Virus record (IMG/VR): IMGVR_UViG_3300042010_000129
Coordinates: 128,001-192,000 of that record
Length of the DNA stretch: 64,000 nt
Reading direction: 5' to 3' (one strand)
From: a virus
Taxonomy: Duplodnaviria; Caudoviricetes
Under the pieces are notes generated by a model, which was not told the origin of the DNA, did no database searches, and worked only from the letters and a program-made list of their open reading frames with translations. Shown piece by piece: positions 36,914 through 46,238 of the stretch (within the stretch, counting starts at the first letter, position 1; each line of letters starts with the position of its first letter). The position numbers and the translations under genes are program-made.

Positions 36914-37228
36914 TTAATGTGGTCGGTAGTCTTTATCCGGCCAATGCCCACACTCCACCATCGCATCTACCCATTGATAGTGGCAGAATTTGTAAACGCA
37001 CCCATCAAAAACTTCGCACAATTCCTCGAAGGTTTCTACTTCGTGATTTCCGTAACGAGTTTCGATGTACAGAGTTCCGCCCTTGGTGGTGTAGGCGTTC
37101 ATGTTGGCTTTTGCGCCGGTGTTGAGGTCGTAAGTAAAACGGGATTTTTCTTTGTCGTATCCGAGGGTGATTTCTACGCCGAGTTTAACCAGCTGTTCAA
37201 CCAACGGATGGAGGGGTTTCATCTTCAT
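36914..37228 (-). CDS. hypothetical protein
   Basis: 104 aa. Confidence 0.65.
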   Translation of the reverse strand: MKMKPLHPLVEQLVKLGVEITLGYDKEKSRFTYDLNTGAKANMNAYTTKGGTLYIETRYGNHEVETFEELCEVFDGCVYKFCHYQWVDAMVECGHWPDKDYRPH

Positions 37229-37673
37229 GTTCTTTACCTTTACAGTTATCGTCAGGCTCAGATATTTTTGGTCGTTGCGCTTCGAGTTCGCGGATTTTAT
37301 TCAGCTTGATGGCTCGCAGTCTTTGCGATGTGGTCATCAGGATTTCTTCGACCACGCGATTACCCGGCGAATGGTATTGTGCATGCTGCTTACCGTCACG
37401 GGTCAGCGGCACACCGTATTCGCTGAAGACGCCTTTTTGAATTCCGTTCGCATCGTGCATGCGCCAACGAATATTTGTGTGACTGATTTTTTCTTGCGTA
37501 ATCGCCAGCCGGAAAGCATCGAATGCAATTTCGTTGGCGATGTGGATCGTCTCATGCGCGTCGGGCGCAAAGTAACGCGACGGGAGCGAAAGTGCCTCGC
37601 CATCCGAAAGTGCGTACACTGCGTATTCCGCTTCGTCTTGCGATCCGGGCAGGTGCAGGTGAATTGTTATCAC
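37197..37673 (-). CDS. hypothetical protein
   Basis: GTG start, GGAG RBS. Confidence 0.6.
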   Translation of the reverse strand: MITIHLHLPGSQDEAEYAVYALSDGEALSLPSRYFAPDAHETIHIANEIAFDAFRLAITQEKISHTNIRWRMHDANGIQKGVFSEYGVPLTRDGKQHAQYHSPGNRVVEEILMTTSQRLRAIKLNKIRELEAQRPKISEPDDNCKGKEHEDETPPSVG

Positions 37674-37971
37674 GTTGGATTAACTCCACGTTCAAGAAAT
37701 ATTCCGCATCGTGTACGTCGTGGAAAATACGCCGCCTGCACACCATGCCATGTTGATAAAAGTCTACGGTGAATTTCCGGCGTTTGCCTTTCACGTTCTC
37801 GGAGACTTTGATATTTTTCTCTGAATCGCTGATAAAGATTTCGTGCTGGTACTCGCCACGACTCAAGCGATAAAGGGAGTATGACGCTTCACGCGGTTGA
37901 TCATTGTGTTGAACAATCCGCGCCACTTTGAGGAATTCAGATTTTCGGAGCCAAGGCCAGATGCCTTGCAT
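37552..37971 (-). CDS. hypothetical protein (boundaries uncertain)
   Basis: Fills a gap but overlaps both neighbours by about 110-120 nt. Confidence 0.35.
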   Translation of the reverse strand: MQGIWPWLRKSEFLKVARIVQHNDQPREASYSLYRLSRGEYQHEIFISDSEKNIKVSENVKGKRRKFTVDFYQHGMVCRRRIFHDVHDAEYFLNVELIQRDNNSPAPARIARRSGIRSVRTFGWRGTFAPVALLCARRA

Positions 37972-38237
37972 TTTTGTACGCTCTGACGCCGCTGGATTGT
38001 GCGTAGCATGCACAGCAGATCCTCCTTCTTGGACTCGCTGTAGCTTTTTGCAAGTCCTGTATTCAAATTACGCAAAACGAAGCTTTTACGATATTCAATC
38101 AGCACGTAATAAATCGGGCGCTGATCAGCACCGCGTGCCTTGAAAGAAAATTCGAGCGTTCCCTCGCCACGCGATTGCACCACTTTGTACTCAGGCAGTG
38201 CAGCGCGCAAATCCGATACAATTTTTGACCACAACAT
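37863..38237 (-). CDS. hypothetical protein
   Basis: AAGGA RBS. Confidence 0.55.
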   Translation of the reverse strand: MLWSKIVSDLRAALPEYKVVQSRGEGTLEFSFKARGADQRPIYYVLIEYRKSFVLRNLNTGLAKSYSESKKEDLLCMLRTIQRRQSVQKCKASGLGSENLNSSKWRGLFNTMINRVKRHTPFIA

Positions 38238-38266
38238 TTTTCAGAAATCCTTTTCTCAGTTTTGGG

Positions 38267-38590
38267 TTACAGGCTGCGTGGAATACCGGCCCGTTCTTCG
38301 GCCTGCGCAATGTCTTCCTGCGACAGGCTACGGATGGCAGTTTTGCGAACAGTGAAGCAGAAAATATCGTTCGCGCTGAATTCACCGTTTGCCAGTTTGT
38401 CTTCCAGCACTTCGGCGCCCCGGCGAATTACTTCCGGCAGCGGGTCAGGAATATAGGTTCCTGCTGCGTCGAACATCGTCAGCGTATTTGCCAGTTCGAT
38501 ATCAACGCTTTTCATGCCGCCGCCAGCGCGTGGCCCCGAGACATTTACTTCTGCCGCGTATTGGTCTTCGTAGCGAATTTTATCGTTCAT
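38267..38590 (-). CDS. hypothetical protein
   Basis: GAGG RBS. Confidence 0.6.
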   Translation of the reverse strand: MNDKIRYEDQYAAEVNVSGPRAGGGMKSVDIELANTLTMFDAAGTYIPDPLPEVIRRGAEVLEDKLANGEFSANDIFCFTVRKTAIRSLSQEDIAQAEERAGIPRSL

Positions 38591-38597
38591 ACAGACC

Positions 38598-39392
38598 TCA
38601 ATGAATGTGGTGATTAGGAACGTTCAGGCGCACCACAGTACGCGTGCAATCGCGCAGCACTGGCAACGACTCATGCACGAACGTAACGTTGCCTGCGTAG
38701 GCCGTGTGGGCGTCCAGAATGACTTCCTGCATATGGCTGAAATCCAGATGCGAAACATCACCACCGGGCAACACCAAACCTTCCCATTCGCCAAGCAATG
38801 CACGACTGGCCGAAATGTCAGAAGCCAAAATAATTGCTTCCGGTCGGTCGTTCAAATCGAACACCCAATTTTCTGCACCAGCTTTTTTCGTCGGTTTGCG
38901 TGTGTCGTAATTTTCGCGTTTGGTCTTGTGGGGTTTTCCGAGGTCGGCACGTTCTTCGTTGCGCTTTTGTTCCTCACGCTGGCGGCGCTGATATTCTTCC
39001 TCGGAAATATACCCGTGCCCATCGCGACGGCGACCAACACCCGAATGGCTACCACGTGGCCCATGAGAGGGAGGACTAACGCCGCCGTGTGCAGAAATTG
39101 CGTTCCACGGTTTTTGTCCATCGTTCCACGCGCCCGCAGGATTCCAATAACCATCAACATGCAGACCGGGGCGACGATGCGTTGTGGTGGCAGAAACAAA
39201 TTTCTGATCGACCATCAAATAAATCGGGCCGTCAGTATCAACGCCGACCAACATTTGATCGACGGTTTGTTGCCAGCGTTTCAGGTCTTCAGGCAGACCA
39301 GTTTCCAAACGAAATTCACGCATGTAAATTCGTTCTGCTGTGAACGCCGGGAAATCAACCGGGCCAACTTTCTGCATAACCGACTGCAACAT
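38598..39392 (-). CDS. 2OG-Fe(II) dioxygenase-like protein with a disordered insertion
   Basis: HRRPGLHVD (HxD), distal VHES, and R.VVRL. Start MLQSV by TAATG coupling. Confidence 0.65.
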   Translation of the reverse strand: MLQSVMQKVGPVDFPAFTAERIYMREFRLETGLPEDLKRWQQTVDQMLVGVDTDGPIYLMVDQKFVSATTTHRRPGLHVDGYWNPAGAWNDGQKPWNAISAHGGVSPPSHGPRGSHSGVGRRRDGHGYISEEEYQRRQREEQKRNEERADLGKPHKTKRENYDTRKPTKKAGAENWVFDLNDRPEAIILASDISASRALLGEWEGLVLPGGDVSHLDFSHMQEVILDAHTAYAGNVTFVHESLPVLRDCTRTVVRLNVPNHHIH

Positions 39393-39718
39393 TATTTCTT
39401 CCTCGACTGCTGACGCATTTTCTTTTTGACCTTGCGCAGTTTGCGAGCTTTGGCCGCACCGTGTACGCCTTGACCAGAAGTGCGCTTTTGCCCGTACTGC
39501 CAACCGCCAGAATAGCTCAGGCCACCGAATGGCAAATGGGTACGCGGTTCCGTGTCTTCGGTGCGTGGGGGCGTCGGGTGCATTGCAGCGGCGGTTGCCA
39601 TTGCAGCAGCCAGCATACGCAAATGACCACCACGCGCGCCGCTGGTAGTGGTGCTGATAATTTCGATACCGTCCGGAAATTTGCTTACCGGTACGTCGTC
39701 TTGAATTTCATTTTGCAT
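39392..39718 (-). CDS. small protein with Lys/Arg-rich C-terminal tail
   Basis: KARKLRKVKKKMRQQSRKK. Confidence 0.65.
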   Translation of the reverse strand: MQNEIQDDVPVSKFPDGIEIISTTTSGARGGHLRMLAAAMATAAAMHPTPPRTEDTEPRTHLPFGGLSYSGGWQYGQKRTSGQGVHGAAKARKLRKVKKKMRQQSRKK

Positions 39719-40135
39719 TTAGCGAATTCCGACAGAAGTTTGAGAAACGATTACGGTGTATGTGCGCGTCGATTGGTCGGCCATCAGGGCCTTAACCTGT
39801 TCGTTCGCAATTACTTCGTCGCGGTAGTGAATCGCACGACTGCCGACTTTGGTTGTCGCTACAGAATCCAGCGCAATCACCGCCACATATTCCATCGAAC
39901 GATTTTCGCGGATCATGTAGAGATAATCGGAACCTTCCAGAAGCGCACCACGTTCAACAGTTTCGAAACCGGGACTGGCGGGCGCATCCGACCACAACTT
40001 TGCAAAGGCTTCTGCGCTTTCTTTGTTGGGAAAGCTCAGGGCCTCCCGTTCGAGTGGCAGCATTCCCACCTTGCCATCCGGATAAATCATACCGACAAAG
40101 CTGCCAGTTTTTTTGTTGCGGATTAAATAGGCCAT
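39719..40135 (-). CDS. hypothetical protein
   Basis: MAYLIRNKKTG.FV...A..F...E.A. Confidence 0.6.
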   Translation of the reverse strand: MAYLIRNKKTGSFVGMIYPDGKVGMLPLEREALSFPNKESAEAFAKLWSDAPASPGFETVERGALLEGSDYLYMIRENRSMEYVAVIALDSVATTKVGSRAIHYRDEVIANEQVKALMADQSTRTYTVIVSQTSVGIR

Positions 40136-40779
40136 TATTTCCGGTTCCTTTCTGCGTCAAACATCACAACCACAACCACACCGTAGCGCGTCGATTGAGG
40201 GCCACGCAAAGAATCGCGAACCTCTTCCGCCAGTTTACGGCCCGTAATCAGCATCGCTTTTTGAATGTTGGTACTACTGCGAATGTCAGGGCCAACCAAC
40301 GCCGTAATGTAACGGTTCGTGTGGTTGTCGCTGATCGCGTACATGTTCAGGTCTGTTGTTGCAGGAGGCACCGCACCCACTGGCGTAATAGGCTTCCAGT
40401 AAATGTATTCCAGCGCATCGGTAGAAGCGACACGAATATAACCATTGCGCGGCAAAGATTCTTGCAGGATTTCCGAATGCACTTGATCGACGAATACCGC
40501 GAAGTATCCGAGGGCCGCTGCGCGATTCTCCAGCCACGAAAGCAGCGTGCGGAAAAAGCCTTGTCCGCGCAGACGGGCCGCTACGTCAATCGACGCCACG
40601 GTGATTGCAGGAATGAACGTGCGGCCTTCCGGTTCCAGACGACGCCCGGCCCGCAAATAAATACGGAACTGCGAACATTTAAATTCTTCCGAACGTGGAA
40701 GCTGTGCGTCGAGTTGCTTAGTTAGCCATTCCGCGATTGCGTCCATGGTGGGGCCAGCATTATCTTTTTTCGCTTTCAT
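40135..40779 (-). CDS. GNAT-family N-acetyltransferase plus C-terminal domain
   Basis: VASIDV...LRGQGFF.TLL (acetyl-CoA motif A), later L.RNGY. Confidence 0.7.
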   Translation of the reverse strand: MKAKKDNAGPTMDAIAEWLTKQLDAQLPRSEEFKCSQFRIYLRAGRRLEPEGRTFIPAITVASIDVAARLRGQGFFRTLLSWLENRAAALGYFAVFVDQVHSEILQESLPRNGYIRVASTDALEYIYWKPITPVGAVPPATTDLNMYAISDNHTNRYITALVGPDIRSSTNIQKAMLITGRKLAEEVRDSLRGPQSTRYGVVVVVMFDAERNRK

Positions 40780-41336
40780 AACTTACCTGCCTTTTTCGCG
40801 GCCAAGAATTGTTTTCGGAATGCCTGTTTACGGCGCGTCTGTATAATTCGTATTGCTCGCCAGCGGTCGATAAAAAGCTCGCCGGTCTTTTCGCGGATTT
40901 CCTGCGCGGCCAGCTGAATTTCAGCTTCGCCAAAAGTATTGTCCGGCACATACACAAAATGCCGTTCGAAGAAATCCAAGGAACCCGGATAACCCTGCTC
41001 ACCCTGAATAACACGGTTGCCGAAGTTCTCCAGTTCACGCAGTCGTTTCAGCATGGCCCCTGCAACGCCCTTACGGCGCTTTGTAGGCGTCACGTAGAAC
41101 TGTGCATAGCAGCGCTTGGGTTCGAACAGAATGCAGCCCACAGGCCAGCTTAGTTTCGGCCCGCCCCATGCAACAATGATCAACACTTCCCGGCGTCCGT
41201 CTTTACCAGTGCGTGCGACACGTTCCCATGAATCTTGCAGTTGGCCGCTTTCTTCGAACATGCGTTCCATTGCCATGATCCCGGCGATTTCTTTTAACGC
41301 AGTTTCACCAGTGTACGAATGACAAGCCAATTTCAT
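40776..41336 (-). CDS. GNAT-family N-acetyltransferase
   Basis: FYV.P.KRRKGVAGAML (motif A), later S.DFF. Confidence 0.75.
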   Translation of the reverse strand: MKLACHSYTGETALKEIAGIMAMERMFEESGQLQDSWERVARTGKDGRREVLIIVAWGGPKLSWPVGCILFEPKRCYAQFYVTPTKRRKGVAGAMLKRLRELENFGNRVIQGEQGYPGSLDFFERHFVYVPDNTFGEAEIQLAAQEIREKTGELFIDRWRAIRIIQTRRKQAFRKQFLAAKKAGKL

Positions 41337-41512
41337 TTGCGGCCCTTACGCTGCGCACGCAACGCTGCACGTTTCTTTTTGGAAGGCACGCACACTTTGC
41401 GTGGATCTTCTTTCCGGTCTTTCGGATTGCTGCGCAGGATCGGCCCTAGTTGTGTACCGAGGCGAATGCTGCGCGCAATCATGTCATCGACGAAATATCG
41501 GTCTGGCATCAT
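41333..41512 (-). CDS. 59-aa basic peptide (not in ORF track)
   Basis: MMPDRYFVDDMIARSIRLGTQLGPILRSNPKDRKEDPRKVCVPSKKKRAALRAQRKGRK. ATGA overlaps on both sides. Confidence 0.7.
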   Translation of the reverse strand: MMPDRYFVDDMIARSIRLGTQLGPILRSNPKDRKEDPRKVCVPSKKKRAALRAQRKGRK

Positions 41513-41751
41513 TTCTTTTTGGCTCGCGACTGCTTACGCATTTTCTTTTCGGTCTTACGCTTGGCTTTCTTTTTCTTCGCGGCTGCGATTTCGTGCGGCC
41601 AGATTGGATCGGTTGCGCGGCTCAGATAACCCGGATGCGGTTTACCCGGCGTGAGAAACAGCGTACCGGTATTTCCAGTCAGTCGGTCGAACACGGTCGG
41701 GTTTTCGTTGCGGTCACTCATTAGCGCGTTGCGCAATCCTTGATCCATCAT
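41509..41751 (-). CDS. small protein with Lys/Arg-rich C-terminal tail
   Basis: AAAKKKKAKRKTEKKMRKQSRAKKK. Confidence 0.65.
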   Translation of the reverse strand: MMDQGLRNALMSDRNENPTVFDRLTGNTGTLFLTPGKPHPGYLSRATDPIWPHEIAAAKKKKAKRKTEKKMRKQSRAKKK

Positions 41752-42479
41752 TGCTGTGCCCTCGCTGGCGATTCATTCGATACAGGAATCGGGTGCGTAA
41801 TCATGTACACGTATGGCATGCGGTACGTCTTGCCGTGCGTGCGGATCGAAACTTGATTCGGTAAAAGGCTGCTGACAAAACCCTGACGAATATTCATACC
41901 GAAAACACTTTTGCACGAACGCCCGTTAATGATGATCGCCAGTTCTACGGGATCACCAATGTGCAGTTCGTTGTCGATTTCTGTTGAGAAATGCGGTTGC
42001 CGACAGAGAATCGAAAATAACAGTTTCAGGAACGTGGCGTTCGGACTGAAATAAATATCGTTCTGCACGTCGTGCCACATGCAAAGCGAACGGTGTTCTT
42101 CCATTGGCCGGATCAACGACGTTTTGCCGTCGAATACATCCTGAAGTCCGGCGCTAATTCCTTCAGGGCCACCGAGGCGTTCGAGCCTATCGGTCGCTAC
42201 AAGCGCGTACAGGCGTTTTCCCTGTACGAACAGCGTTTGATATTCGGGTTGCTCGCCTACTTGCGACAAACGCGTTGTAGGACGGCAGGAAAGGATAACG
42301 AGCGAGTAAGGAACACCCTCAAGCAGTTCACGGCGCACGCGGTATTCGCTTTGTGGATATGCGCCGAAAAACTCCGGTGCCGCCATATCCTCATAGCTGA
42401 CAATTTCCTCGACGCTTTGACCGCGATGGAGTTCGGAGTAGCGGAAGCCAACACGATGCAGCAATTTAGGTTTGTACAT
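41748..42479 (-). CDS. hypothetical protein
   Basis: 243 aa, AGGA RBS. Confidence 0.65.
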   Translation of the reverse strand: MYKPKLLHRVGFRYSELHRGQSVEEIVSYEDMAAPEFFGAYPQSEYRVRRELLEGVPYSLVILSCRPTTRLSQVGEQPEYQTLFVQGKRLYALVATDRLERLGGPEGISAGLQDVFDGKTSLIRPMEEHRSLCMWHDVQNDIYFSPNATFLKLLFSILCRQPHFSTEIDNELHIGDPVELAIIINGRSCKSVFGMNIRQGFVSSLLPNQVSIRTHGKTYRMPYVYMITHPIPVSNESPARAQQ

Positions 42480-42514
42480 TTTTGTATTCCTTGTTCAAGG
42501 GCCGGTATTACGGA

Positions 42515-42886
42515 TTATTTTTTGTAGGGCGATTTTGCGCTCAACTTTACAGCGCCGTCCGGGTACATGGATGTACCTTCGGGAAGTGTTGCACCACCAC
42601 GCGGCCCGCCACGCTGATTGTTCAATTCCTGCTGAATAATTGCAGCAGCATTAAACGACGGATCGGGATGCGTGATGTAACCCATGAAACGTTCCACGGC
42701 TACGGGCGGAATCGAGCCGTAGTAATCGACCTGATTCACCGCACGGAAAATTTCCTGCACGGTGCGGGCCAGATGCTGGTCACGCAATTTAATTTTGCGC
42801 AGCAGTCGGAGAATGTAGAACTGCCCACACGCCAAAGCGAGCAACACACATGCCCAGCCAACAGCCATCCAATTTACTGTTTCCAT
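42515..42886 (-). CDS. N-terminally anchored membrane protein
   Basis: TM segment WMAVGWACVLLALACGQFYIL. Confidence 0.65.
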   Translation of the reverse strand: METVNWMAVGWACVLLALACGQFYILRLLRKIKLRDQHLARTVQEIFRAVNQVDYYGSIPPVAVERFMGYITHPDPSFNAAAIIQQELNNQRGGPRGGATLPEGTSMYPDGAVKLSAKSPYKK

Positions 42887-42902
42887 CTTTCATTGTCCCT
42901 AA
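42884..42902 (-). repeat. 19-nt leader repeat TTAGGGACAATGAAAGATG, copy 2
   Basis: Identical to 15500..15518. Confidence 0.85.
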
Positions 42903-42909
42903 AGTAAGT

Positions 42910-42932
42910 GGGCCACTCGAAAAGAATGGCCC
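42910..42932 (-). terminator. hairpin (weak terminator or stabiliser)
   Basis: GGGCCATTC-TTTTC-GAGTGGCCC followed by ACTTACTTT. Confidence 0.55.
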
Positions 42933-42941
42933 TTGTGGAAA

Positions 42942-43949
42942 TTAAGTCAGCGATGCGCTACGGCCTGCCGCACGTTTTGCAGAAATAGGCATTTCGTCGC
43001 CCATCAAAATAAAACGCGAATTGCAGCGGGATTCAACAGCATCACCGATAAGGTCACTGACGTATTCCGTCATGAACCCAACGGTGCGGCGTTTGACCAC
43101 CATGTTTTCCAAGGAACGCGCAAGAAAGCTGCGCGTAATACCTTTGATGTGGATCAGGTCGTCGTCTTCCGCTGGAAATGCTTCTTCGTTACTCACGCGA
43201 CCCACGCGTACAGGGCAACCCGTCGCACGGCAGATCAAATCTTCCAGTTCCAACACTTTGATGGAAACGCCGGATACGGAAACGTCGGAATCCTCTTTTT
43301 CCTGTTCGTGCAGCTTGCGGTATTTCACCCGGTCGTAATCCGGGGCGCAGGCGTATTCGTGTTCGTCGTAGCAGACCTTTACGCCTTGCTCAGGAATGCA
43401 GCGCGCTACAAATGCCAGCACATCAAGAAGGTCGTTGTCCTCTTCCGCCAAATTGATCATGGCGCCAGCGAACCACAACAGACTGCCACGCAGGACAAGC
43501 GTTTTCTTCGAACTGGATTTGCGCAGGATTTGAATTTTGAAGCCGGTCGCCTCGAACACCAGACTTTCGATTACGACGATTTGCTGAATTGAATGATCGT
43601 CAACTTTCAATTCAGCCAAACTACGCTGGTCGCTACGGCTGATTTTTTCAGCAGCCGTTTTTGCAAAATCCGGAATGTCTTGTTGTTCTTCCAACCACAA
43701 ACCGACCTGACGCAGACGGTCAATTTGATCCAGCCAGATTTCTTGCGCGTCTTCGTCGTGCCCGTCCATATCGACGTTTTTGCAATCGTACAGCACGCCG
43801 TTCCGCGTAACGTTATGCAATGCCTTCGCAAACCGGGAAGGCCCCAACGTGGAAACCACGTTAGCTAATACGCTCTCTGCTAAATCCATAGACTTACGTC
43901 CCATGCTCAAACTTCCTCTAATGCGTGAGTGCTTTTGTTTCGGGCACAC
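42942..43949 (-). CDS. hypothetical protein
   Basis: Acidic. The start may be the internal MGRKS. Confidence 0.65.
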   Translation of the reverse strand: MCPKQKHSRIRGSLSMGRKSMDLAESVLANVVSTLGPSRFAKALHNVTRNGVLYDCKNVDMDGHDEDAQEIWLDQIDRLRQVGLWLEEQQDIPDFAKTAAEKISRSDQRSLAELKVDDHSIQQIVVIESLVFEATGFKIQILRKSSSKKTLVLRGSLLWFAGAMINLAEEDNDLLDVLAFVARCIPEQGVKVCYDEHEYACAPDYDRVKYRKLHEQEKEDSDVSVSGVSIKVLELEDLICRATGCPVRVGRVSNEEAFPAEDDDLIHIKGITRSFLARSLENMVVKRRTVGFMTEYVSDLIGDAVESRCNSRFILMGDEMPISAKRAAGRSASLT

Positions 43950-44005
43950 AATGGGCCAGCCGCCACACTACCATTCGTCGGCCCATGGGTCAAGGTTGTG
44001 AGGCC

Positions 44006-44302
44006 CTAGAGCGCGTAGCACTGCCGAACGGCGGGCACCGGGCCATCGGTGGTTACACGGACGGTTGCGCCCTTCTTGTCGTAGTACCGGGTAACGCTGT
44101 TGCCTGCCTTTGCCAGTTCGATCAACGCAAGGCGCAAACCATTTGCCCAAATGCTTAACGACCATCCGCATTCGATTTCAACCACGGACGAAATATAACC
44201 GCGCTGCTTTGCCAATTGCTGCGCGTTACGAATCTGGTTGAAAATAATGTCTACGTCTTGTTTCGTCTGCCGTGACTTTGGCGGCATCTTCACTTTTGCC
44301 AT
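44006..44302 (-). CDS. hypothetical protein
   Basis: GAGGAAGTGAAAGATG leader. Confidence 0.6.
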   Translation of the reverse strand: MAKVKMPPKSRQTKQDVDIIFNQIRNAQQLAKQRGYISSVVEIECGWSLSIWANGLRLALIELAKAGNSVTRYYDKKGATVRVTTDGPVPAVRQCYAL

Positions 44303-44696
44303 CTTTCACTTCCTCAGTTTTACGCATGAACAGAATCAGGTCAGCGGGAATATCGTCCGGCGCATGAATTGGATAACTTTTAATGTCATCACCTAATGCA
44401 CTCAGGCTAACACATTGACCATCCCCAACTACTTCGATTGCGGTGTAAATAAAACGGTCTTTGGTTTGGCTCACAATTGCAATATCGCCCCCGGTGCCCA
44501 TAACCAGACTCGGACGATTTACACCACGGTCGCGAAGGTACTGCAAAACCTGCAATGCCTCGGCAACGATTTTGTGATTTGTCGGTTCGCCTTCGCCACA
44601 GCACCAACCCGGTTCCGAGGTCAGAAATAATTCCAGACGCTCGAACTGGTATTCACTTAGCGAAAAAGTCCGGGGCCTTGAGAGTTTCGATTTCAT
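44226..44696 (-). CDS. hypothetical protein
   Basis: Overlaps both neighbours. Confidence 0.5.
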   Translation of the reverse strand: MKSKLSRPRTFSLSEYQFERLELFLTSEPGWCCGEGEPTNHKIVAEALQVLQYLRDRGVNRPSLVMGTGGDIAIVSQTKDRFIYTAIEVVGDGQCVSLSALGDDIKSYPIHAPDDIPADLILFMRKTEEVKDGKSEDAAKVTADETRRRHYFQPDS

Positions 44697-44964
44697 CTTG
44701 CAGTTCCCGAATGTAGGCGTTCTTTTCAGTCAGCGTGTTCTGCAATTGCAAAGCGTGCTGGCGCTGGCGGGCGTAACGTTCTTTCCACACGCGCACCATG
44801 CGCACATAGCGATTGTTCAACGCCGTCCACATGAAATCCGGAACCGGAACGCCGATATAATTCGCACGTTTCACAATTGCTTTGATGGAATGACGCTTGC
44901 CTTTGTAACCGGTGTCAGTGACGACAGGTTTATTGGCGTCCGGGTGATTCTTGTAATCAATCAT
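44653..44964 (-). CDS. hypothetical protein
   Basis: ATGA-coupled. Confidence 0.6.
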   Translation of the reverse strand: MIDYKNHPDANKPVVTDTGYKGKRHSIKAIVKRANYIGVPVPDFMWTALNNRYVRMVRVWKERYARQRQHALQLQNTLTEKNAYIRELQDEIETLKAPDFFAK

Positions 44965-45731
44965 GGTTTGGTATTCCGCATAAGGTCAGAGAAAGCCATG
45001 TTCAAAACGCCGCGATGTTCATCCTGCTTGTGTGTAACCAGCTTCGGATAATCCAGCGAGTACAGAAGGTCGATACACCACTGCGCGAATGCATTTTGTT
45101 TTTCGGTTGGTTCGTCTGCCGTGGCCCATGCAAACAAATCACGAATCACGCCCTGTTCCGACATTGCCGGAAGTTGCAGCGTCATGTACTGGTCGATGTT
45201 CACAGTAGGCAGCATCGGCCCGCGCTGATCGTTGTAGTCTTTCAACTGCAAACCGACGAACAAATAACGGAATGTTTGACGACGGCGTTTCGCTTCGTCG
45301 GTGTGCTTAACCGAACTCATGCTGCCGATGGTGGAACGGAACATTTCACGCGGATCGAAGCAGCGCTGACTGACCAGTTGGAAAATTTCACGGGTTTTGT
45401 CACTGCCGTAATAAACGAACGGCGAATTGATCGCTTCGTACCCGACCAGCACAGACTTTTGCAGCTTGCGCAGAAACTTCGCAATGCTGAAAACGCGCAC
45501 GTCACATTCCTGACCTTTGAACGTGATTTTCTGTGTGAAAGAATCACGCGGGTACTGGTAGATATCGTAGTTGATATCGTGGGCCACGACCGTGAAATCG
45601 TGGTCGGAATTTTCGGTATCGGTGCCCCACGCTTTGCTGCCAGTTTCAGCAACAAAAACCAGATGCAAACCGAGGCCGCGCAAGGTATCCAGAAGCTGAT
45701 AACGCTCTTCGGAATTTAAACGTGTTTTCAT
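44961..45731 (-). CDS. Pol-beta superfamily nucleotidyltransferase (YcgL/RlaP-like)
   Basis: VAETGSKAWGT.T.NSDHD (GS...DxD), third Asp in CDVRVF, then L.KS...EAINSP. Confidence 0.8.
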   Translation of the reverse strand: MKTRLNSEERYQLLDTLRGLGLHLVFVAETGSKAWGTDTENSDHDFTVVAHDINYDIYQYPRDSFTQKITFKGQECDVRVFSIAKFLRKLQKSVLVGYEAINSPFVYYGSDKTREIFQLVSQRCFDPREMFRSTIGSMSSVKHTDEAKRRRQTFRYLFVGLQLKDYNDQRGPMLPTVNIDQYMTLQLPAMSEQGVIRDLFAWATADEPTEKQNAFAQWCIDLLYSLDYPKLVTHKQDEHRGVLNMAFSDLMRNTKP

Positions 45732-46238
45732 TTATTCCTCTTTCGGCTTCGCGGCGGTCAGCGTGAGTTTCGGATACGCCTCATGCAAAGCGATGTAGGC
45801 CGTTTCGTGCTGTTCTTTGTTGACGCGGGCACCAAAGCGATTTTTGATGCTGGTCAGATTACCGGCGTCGTCTTTGATGAAAATGGATTCGGCGGGTTCC
45901 TGATAAGCTTTCGGCAAATTGTCGCAGATCACTTTCAGGCAAGTCCAGCCGTTTACCTTGAACGCACTTTTCGCCAGATGCGCAATGTACTGGTCGATTT
46001 GTGCCTGCGTGATAATTACAGCCGGTGAATTCTTCGCGGCCTGTTCTGCAACCACGCGCAGACATGCAGGAACCGGGTACAACAGAACGTAAGTATTCAT
46101 CACAATTACCTCTTCAACTTTTCGATATGGTTCATCGACGACGATCCAGCCGAACCACCGTTTGGAAATGGTGGCCGTGCCGCCCGCCGCGTTGTTGCGT
46201 TGCATTTCACGCACAGCACTTTCGTAGGAGAAAAACAT
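45732..46238 (-). CDS. hypothetical protein
   Basis: ATG directly follows the upstream TAA. Confidence 0.55.
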   Translation of the reverse strand: MFFSYESAVREMQRNNAAGGTATISKRWFGWIVVDEPYRKVEEVIVMNTYVLLYPVPACLRVVAEQAAKNSPAVIITQAQIDQYIAHLAKSAFKVNGWTCLKVICDNLPKAYQEPAESIFIKDDAGNLTSIKNRFGARVNKEQHETAYIALHEAYPKLTLTAAKPKEE

